A stretch of DNA of 63,801 nt, the filler included, from Aduncisulcus paluster (taxonomy: Eukaryota), in NCBI GenBank assembly GCA_024181965.1. It is 8 parts of 8 records of this genome, joined end to end, with 100 filler letters (N's around TTAATTAATTAA, not from the genome) between each part and the next. Parts side by side here need not be neighbours in the genome. Positions count along the whole stretch, not along the records: positions 56,149 to 63,801 come from BQXS01009736.1; 7 more parts are not named here. One strand, 5' to 3'. Below the pieces are notes generated by a model. The model made no database searches. It was not told the origin of the DNA and worked only from the letters and a program-made list of their open reading frames with translations. The position numbers and the translations under genes were made by a program. Positions 56,595 to 63,801 of the stretch are shown piece after piece; position 1 is the first letter of the stretch, and every line of letters begins with the position of its first letter.

Positions 56595-59228
56595 ATGTGT
56601 GGAATATTCGGTCTTTTTTCATTTTGTTCTTTTTCATGGCAGTTACATTATACAATTAAATGTCTCCATCTTCTATCATATCGTGGATATGATAGTGTAG
56701 GAATATGCTATTCTACAGATTCCTCTTGGTTTTCGGATCAGATAGGAGAAACTCCTGCTATTTTCACTCAAATTGTCAAATCTGTGGGAGATGTTGATGA
56801 ATTGGTCCAGCTTCTTAGAGATAGGTGCTGTGTCTATACCAAGAAATGCTGCGACTCTCCTGAAACATCTTGTGTAATCCCAAATATTATTGCTCATACT
56901 CGTTGGGCCACTCATGGTCCTCCCACTCCTTATAATGCACATCCAGTTTATTCCGATCCCAGTTGTGGGTTTATGCTCTGTCATAATGGTCAAATAACGA
57001 ATTATCAGGATTTGCTTGATATGTCAACCAAGGTGTGTGGTACTTCTCTCGAAGGATCAACTGACAGTGAAGTATTGGCCCGTTTCATACTTTTTAACTA
57101 TTTGCAAAATCGCTCTTCTGTCTCATTTCCACAGCTTCTTGCTCAATGTCTCTCAAAATGTGAGGGTAGCTTCGCTGTAGTTGCCAAAAGTCAATTCTAC
57201 CCAAATGAACTGGTCGCATCAAGGAAATCTTCTCCTCTTTTAGTGGCTATTATACCTAAGGATGGAGAATTTGTTAAGGATTGTGCTTCCAAGATCAAAG
57301 TGCAACCACTTCCCTCTGTCTCTGTGTCCTCTTCTTCAACCGTTGATTCTTCCGCTGAGATAAGATTTAAATCTATGTTAAAAGAAGACAATGTTGATAT
57401 CTCTGTTGATACTATCCGTGGTCGAGTCTTAACAATTCCTCATTCTTCTGCATTTCAAAGTGTTTTGAAAGGCCATTATCAAGAGGTAGATGTCTCAGAA
57501 ACTCCCTTAGAGGGAGATGATTCCTCGCCAAAAGAACTCCCGAATTCTGTTATTATTTCTTCTGATATTACTTCTTTCCCCCCTGGATCTGTCTTTTTCC
57601 CATTGGTTGAAAACGATATCCTTCATTTATCTCCGCAAGGATTTACTCTATATTCATCCCACTCTTCTGATGTTACTAAAGAATCTATGGATGAAGAAAT
57701 TAACCTGTTTGACCTTTGGGAAGTGTTGGAATTGACTATCAAAGAAGAAGATGGAGAAAGGGAGGAAGAGGATGAGAAAGATTCGATTGTTTCCCGTTCC
57801 AGAGTTATTTCGTCCCAAATAATCGAGTCTGATGCCTTTCAGCACTCTTCTGAGCAGCGAGTGGTGATAACCGAACGATCATCCACATCTATCAGCAACC
57901 CTCAAATGTCATTTCTCCATAGTTCGACTGATCATATCTCATCTCCTGCCTTGTTTTGCGAAGATGATCTTTCTTGTATTTCGTCAATTTCTTCTTCGGC
58001 GTCACTTCGCCATTCTGATCTTCCTTCCTCTTCTTCGACAAAAAGTGGCTCAATTCCTTCATTTGAGTCCACATATATGTTTAAGGAGATCATGTATCAA
58101 CCAAAAGTCGTTAGTAGAATATATGATTTGTATTCTCAACCTGTTCAAATAAGAAAGATGGATTTATTGTGCTCTAAAATATCGAAATGCCGCCGAATAT
58201 TGTTTTTGTCGTGTGGAACAAGTTATTTTGCCACTTTGGCAATTCTTTCATCGTTTGAACATGTGTTGGAACTAAATGGATTGAATTGTGATGTATATTC
58301 TATCAATGCTAGTACCAGAGTTGATGATATTCCTCGTATCCGTTCTTCTGATGTCTGTATAATGGTAACGCAGAGTGGAGAGACGGCTGATGTTTTAAAA
58401 ATTGCCAAGAAGGCTGTTGCGCAAGGTGCCACTGTTGCTGCAATTACGAATTCTCTGTTCTCTTCTGCGACAAGAATTGCTGGACAAATGCAAACATTCT
58501 ATATTAATGCTGGCGTGGAAGTTGCCGTTGCCTCCACAAAGGCCTTTTCAGGACAAATTTTGACCATGATGCTTCTTTTGTCTTACCTGCGAGGAGGTAT
58601 CGCAGAATATCAAAACACTCTCTCAATTTTGCCAGATTTTTCAGTATTGTTAACAAACACTTTGATTAATTCGGCAGATATCATGCAAATGTATGCAGCA
58701 AAGATTTCTAGACATCCTTCTTGTTTGGTCGTTGGCCGAGGGAAGCTTTCCTCTGTTGCCTACGAGGGAGCCTTGAAAATGAAAGAAGTGTCATATATCC
58801 ATGCCGAAGGTATTGCAAGTGGTGATCTTAAGCACGGAACGCTTGCTTTAGTTCACGATGATATGCCTGTGATTTATCTCGCGACTCCTCTACCTTCCAA
58901 AGAAACTTGTGGAACTGGATCTGATTCTTTACATATTGGACTCTCACAAATAACTTCAAGAGTTGAGAATCGAGATAATATTTTGGTTATCGCCACAGAA
59001 GAATTCGCTAAAAAGATGTCTAGCGACATGAATGTCATCATCATTCCTTCAATTCAATCTATCTTGAAGGAGCAAACAAAATTATCGTATTTCATTGAGA
59101 AAACTGACTGTTTACAGCTATTAATGAATGTAGTACCTTTACAACTCCTCTCTTTATTTTCTGCTTGTACACGAGGATGGAATGTTGATAAGCCAAGAAA
59201 TCTGGCTAAATCAGTGACTGTATTGTGA
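56595..59228 (+). CDS. GFA1: Glutamine:fructose-6-phosphate amidotransferase (GFAT/GlmS)
   Basis: MCGIFG, YRGYDS, AHTRWATHG, HNG, TDSE, QSGETAD, ASTKAF, LKHG and PRNLAKSVTV. Confidence 0.92.
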   Translation: MCGIFGLFSFCSFSWQLHYTIKCLHLLSYRGYDSVGICYSTDSSWFSDQIGETPAIFTQIVKSVGDVDELVQLLRDRCCVYTKKCCDSPETSCVIPNIIAHTRWATHGPPTPYNAHPVYSDPSCGFMLCHNGQITNYQDLLDMSTKVCGTSLEGSTDSEVLARFILFNYLQNRSSVSFPQLLAQCLSKCEGSFAVVAKSQFYPNELVASRKSSPLLVAIIPKDGEFVKDCASKIKVQPLPSVSVSSSSTVDSSAEIRFKSMLKEDNVDISVDTIRGRVLTIPHSSAFQSVLKGHYQEVDVSETPLEGDDSSPKELPNSVIISSDITSFPPGSVFFPLVENDILHLSPQGFTLYSSHSSDVTKESMDEEINLFDLWEVLELTIKEEDGEREEEDEKDSIVSRSRVISSQIIESDAFQHSSEQRVVITERSSTSISNPQMSFLHSSTDHISSPALFCEDDLSCISSISSSASLRHSDLPSSSSTKSGSIPSFESTYMFKEIMYQPKVVSRIYDLYSQPVQIRKMDLLCSKISKCRRILFLSCGTSYFATLAILSSFEHVLELNGLNCDVYSINASTRVDDIPRIRSSDVCIMVTQSGETADVLKIAKKAVAQGATVAAITNSLFSSATRIAGQMQTFYINAGVEVAVASTKAFSGQILTMMLLLSYLRGGIAEYQNTLSILPDFSVLLTNTLINSADIMQMYAAKISRHPSCLVVGRGKLSSVAYEGALKMKEVSYIHAEGIASGDLKHGTLALVHDDMPVIYLATPLPSKETCGTGSDSLHIGLSQITSRVENRDNILVIATEEFAKKMSSDMNVIIIPSIQSILKEQTKLSYFIEKTDCLQLLMNVVPLQLLSLFSACTRGWNVDKPRNLAKSVTVL

Positions 59229-59450
59229 TTTGTTGTTTGTCAATGTTTTTTATGATTCTCCATATGGATTCTTCATCATCTTATTTTTTTTTTTTGGTAG
59301 CGGCTCAATTGTAAATAAAATTGTTAATATTTATTTAGAATTTTTGATAAAATATGAATTGATTTTTAAATTATATGATTATCTTACTTAATATCTTTTA
59401 TTTTGACTTTATCTGGTCGAAATCGCTCTTTTGATCCCTATGAATTGGAT

Positions 59451-62400
59451 ATGAATGATATAATTCCTATTTTATCATTAAAATCATTATTGAAATCCGA
59501 TTCATTTATTAATATTCATCAACTACAAGAATTTCATGATTTATTTGTCTGTGTACGAATTCATAGCATATCCATATATTCAATAATTTCTGATGTCCCT
59601 GATAAATGTCTTAGTTTTCATAGCTTTGATGACAAGAAAGTAATTGGTTCTGAGATTATTCAAGCCTTCTCATCCCATCCTCATAATCCTCTCGTCTTTG
59701 TTTTATTTTCTGATTTTTCTTTCCAAATATGTTCGTTTACTAAAACGATTGATGAAAAATTATATATGGAAATTCTTCATCAATCTTGTTTGGAAAGATA
59801 TTTTGAACCTCCTCTCAACCTTGATACTTTCTCTGTTTCATGTGAAAAAACTCCTATTCACGAAAATGAAAGATTTATTTCGGTTTCATATGATTCATAT
59901 TTGTCAATCATTTCCGTTGTTAAAGATGAATTACCGGCTTCTTCATGCTCTGAATCCTTTAAAATTCAATCATCATGTTTCTCTATTCCTTGTAGCATTT
60001 GCTCCATTTCTGTACCAAATGGAACTCCTTTATCATCTATACTTCCAATCGTCCATGAAAATCACTTGTTTATCGTATCTATGGCATTCTTGGATCCTGG
60101 AAAACAGTTGAGAGCCGAAGGTATCCATGGAGTTTCAAAAAGTAGTGATGAAAAGGGTGGTATATGTGAAAAAAGTGAATCTCTTTTCCCCAAATTAGCT
60201 GTTTGTCTGTCCAAAAATAGAACTTCTCATTCCGTCTCTGATTCTTCTACTTCAACGTATTTGTCTGTTTGTTGCGAAGTCAGACCCAAGGATAAGATTG
60301 TTTGTCAGCATGGTTGGTCTTTAATTCATAAAAATCCATGTTATATTATCCTTCCCATTGAAAGACACGAAGATATATCCCCAAGATCTGATGAGCCATG
60401 TATATCTGTTTGCGCCCTCATTTTGAGTCAAGAAATAATATTAATGAACATTGATGGTATCATTGATCGAATCTCTACATTCTCTCAAAAATTGAAATCG
60501 ATTCCTTCGGGAGAAGTATTACTTCAGGATCAAATATCCCCCGTTCCACGTTCTGTATGTGAGGTTCCACGGGCTTACAGTCTAAGGATTTCCCAGTTTA
60601 AACCTCAAAATGGGTATATTATTTTCTATTCAGATGGAAGTGCTTTCCTATTCCTCTTTAGGTTCTCTCTAAATCTCCCTTCCATCATATCATCAGATTC
60701 AGTTCACAAATACACAAAATCTGAGGAATTTATCTCATTTTCACCAATATCTACATGTAAATTGCCTAAAATATCGTCTATTCTCCGTGTATCGTCATAC
60801 TTGATGCCAATTCTTCCAATTGATTTTCCGTCAAAATCTCCAGAATTCTCACTTAGTGATAGCTTTTCTTGTGTTCCTTCGTCTTCGTGTTGCTATTTTA
60901 TTAAGAATAATACAATTATTTCTTGTAATGATTCAAGAATTTTAGGTTGGCAAGTGGTTTTGTCACCCGTGAAGAGTGAGATTGAAGGATCTGATTCTTC
61001 CAATGATCAGATGAAATTACGTTCGATATCTTATTCTAATGAATATTTAGATCGAAAATATCTGCATTCCCTTGGGAATATTGTTGATGTCATCCCAGCG
61101 AGGAGTCAAAGTCAATATTCCCCATCAAATTCATTTTATTCACTCAGATCTCAAGGAAATATTGGAGAAATATGTCCAATCCAAATAGGAATCCCCATTC
61201 TTCCAGGAAAATGTGGGTTGGAACTTGATTTCATACCATATTTTATTGAATCGTTTGAAATGCCAATTTTTGACTCTGATTTAACAGTGACTCATGATAT
61301 TGTCTCATTTGAAATTTGTATGGACAATTCAATGAAAAATCTTCAGATTATTCAATCCCAAATGGACGAATCGTCACTTTCTATTTCTCCTAAGATTGAA
61401 TTTCCTGAGGGTTGGTGCTCCTTTTGTTCTGTGCTTGGATTTCAAACAGAAATAGGAATAATGGGCAAACAAATCGATATAGATTTATCAAAACAAGTTT
61501 ATGCTCTTAAAACTTTTCGTCTAGTTCATTCAATTACTTCGATGAAAACGAAACAAGTCCAGTTTATCGAATTTAGTTCTATTTTTATTCCATCTGTGTG
61601 TTATTGCCGTTTTACAGTGTCTAAAAATATGGACTTACCGAAAAAAACTCTCAATAATATCTCTGGGATATTAATTGCTGCTGGAAAGTCTTTGATTATC
61701 CTTGAATATAACAAAGATAGCATTGAGGATAAATCTTCTTCTCCATCCAATTTGTGGTCTATTATTAGAATTTTAACATTTATTCATCCAATAACTCATG
61801 TTGATTGTTGTGGTCAGTATTTTGGGATCTGTTTTGAGAAATTGGATGATATTGTGGTTTTCAACATTTTGGATTTTTTCAAGGATTATTCGTCGCTATC
61901 AAAAACTAGAATTCAAGATAAATCATATTGGTGGGAAGAGATCATTGGAGATGTTAGTTATTATGAAACAGCAGATCAGACTGATGGGACAACAATGAAG
62001 TTAAAACCAAAAGATATATCCATGGGTTTAGATATTCTTTCTTGTTTTAGAATTCCATATTTTGGATCCTCGATATCCATTCGACAAATGAAACTTGTTC
62101 AATGGGCCGATGATATGTCCTTTGGAGTTGTGGTTTCCACACTTGATGGGAAATTATCAGTTTACTCTTATCCTCATGATATTGATTGTGGTTTTCAACA
62201 TTTTGGATTTTTTCAAGGATTATTCGTCGCTATCAAAAACTAGAATTCAAGATAAATCATATTGGTGGGAAGAGATCATTGGAGATGTTAGTTATTATGA
62301 AACAGCAGATCAGACTGATGGGACAACAATGAAGTTAAAACCAAAAGATATATCCATGGGTTTAGATATTCTTTCTTGTTTTAGAATTCCATATTTTGGA

Positions 62401-63801
62401 TCCTCGATATCCATTCGACAAATGAAACTTGTTCAATGGGCCGATGATATGTCCTTTGGAGTTGTGGTTTCCACACTTGATGGGAAATTATCAGTTTACT
62501 CTTATCCTCATGATATTGTGGGGAAAATTAGAACTAGGGGTGGTTTTCATCCTAAAATTAGTCTTCAACAATGGAATATATATCCATTTTCGAGCAATAT
62601 ATTTCCAATATGTGAATGTTCTGAGGATTATAATTCTGTTGTAATTCGGGGTATTGTGATTAGTCCAAATATCAGAGAGTGTGTTGGCATTAGTTGTAAT
62701 TATCAATCGTTTCTTCTCCAGAAAGCATCCTCGAAAAATGGTGAAGCTCAGTTCGAATTAGAACCCTTTATTATGTCTTCAAATTCCACTTCAATGACGG
62801 TATATATATGTGGAAAATACAGATCAAATGGCTTCATGTGTCTTCGTGATATATTGTTATTGTCGGACAAATGTTTGTTTTTTATTGGAACTCTTTCAAA
62901 CTCTGAAGAGTCAGAATATGGAAATATTGCATCGACTCGTTGTGTTGAAAGTAAGGGCGAGAAACTTTGTGTCCAATCTCAGATTAACTCTCAGGTTTCT
63001 GTTTTTTATAATCATTCGTTAAAATTATTTCTTCCTTCTAAGATGTGTATCGTTCAATCAAGCTGGATTCCATTGAGAAACATATCTAATTCAAATGTCA
63101 TCCAGGCTAAAAAGGAGAAAGCACGACGTTCAATGCCCCGAGGACACTACAGATGGACTAATGAGGCCCTGTTTTCAACTGTATCTGATTCTCCCCTCTT
63201 GGTTGTATGTCATCATCAGTTTATATCATCTTTCACGAATCATTCCAAATTTGTGAGTGAAGGGGAGAAGGATTCCCACAGTGTTCAATCACAAGCTGAG
63301 GTTTCTTTTCCGAATGAATATGTCACCTTATCTATTTTTTCAGGATCACAATGTATTCTTTCAATCCCTCTTGGTTCATCCCAACTTGAATGCCATGCCT
63401 TAGCTGTATTAGATTTGCAAGATACTAATCCACCGCAACAGCAATACAAAGGTCTTTGCCAGAGTGGCAAGTCTAGACGATGCGTTGTTATTCTTTCCCT
63501 CCATAATGCTTACATTTCTGATCCTTCCCAAAGGTCCAAATTGGTGTTCTTTTCATTATTCCGAACCGATCCATCTGTATCTGAAACTTCCATGTCAAAA
63601 GGTCGTTTTCTTGATGCCGAATGTGATACCCTCTCTCGAGATGCAGCTACTTCTCATAAAACTACTTTGCTAGATTGGGAAGTCCTTGGGTGTTTATCCT
63701 TACAACACCCCTGTTCTGTGATAAATTCACATAACGATGGCACATTCTCTATTTCTGTTAATGACGTTTGGGGAAAATTAGAACTAGGGGTGGTTTTCAT
63801 C
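59451..63801 (+). CDS. Divergent DDB1/SF3B3/CPSF1-family beta-propeller protein, 3' partial, broken by internal duplication
   Basis: ISVSYDSYLSII, GWSLIHKNPCYIILPI, ALILSQEII and YLHSLGNIVDV..GEICPIQIGIPI recall DDB1 motifs. ~61850-62184 is repeated at ~62187-62518 and the frame appears to stay open to the window end. Start uncertain. Confidence 0.5.

Noticed and set aside
1176-59228. Apparent hexosamine/glycosylation cluster (SLC35s, OGT-like, GFAT)
   Set aside because: The genes are on different, artificially concatenated contigs.
108-63673. Numerous short overlapping or antisense ORFs and TTG/GTG starts in the ORF track
   Set aside because: Shadows of low-complexity coding strands in a eukaryotic genome; no motifs.

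Overview
This window is eukaryotic (protist) draft-genome sequence and is not contiguous. It is eight contigs joined by artificial 100-bp spacers (44 N + TTAATTAATTAA + 44 N): 1-7425, 7526-17258, 17359-29972, 30073-37994, 38095-44867, 44968-52902, 53003-56048 and 56149-63801. Several internal 20-N gaps are flanked by duplicated overlaps. It is gene-dense, uses the standard code and has few short GT-AG introns. The gene families are reminiscent of a free-living fornicate/metamonad such as Aduncisulcus (inference only). Recognisable genes: two SLC35 transporters, a Bub3/Rae1-like WD40 protein, a CxxS thioredoxin, Sec16-like, Snapin/Pallidin-like, SLC52-like, a degenerate GT41 (OGT-like) protein, a frameshifted Rab fusion, Vps34, a chimeric kinase, Dbp10/DDX54, an LRR/EGF surface protein, GFAT and a DDB1-like propeller protein. 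The most unusual feature is a Ty3/Gypsy chromodomain retrotransposon (30508-37053) nested in another Ty3 element. It has identical LTRs of only 78 bp, a TCCTG target-site duplication, no tRNA primer-binding site and a 14-nt leader before gag. Its 3' region carries an antisense, ~90-nt, highly structured tRNA-like Pol III-type RNA gene candidate whose apical loop reads TCCTG, the same 5-mer as the target-site duplication.
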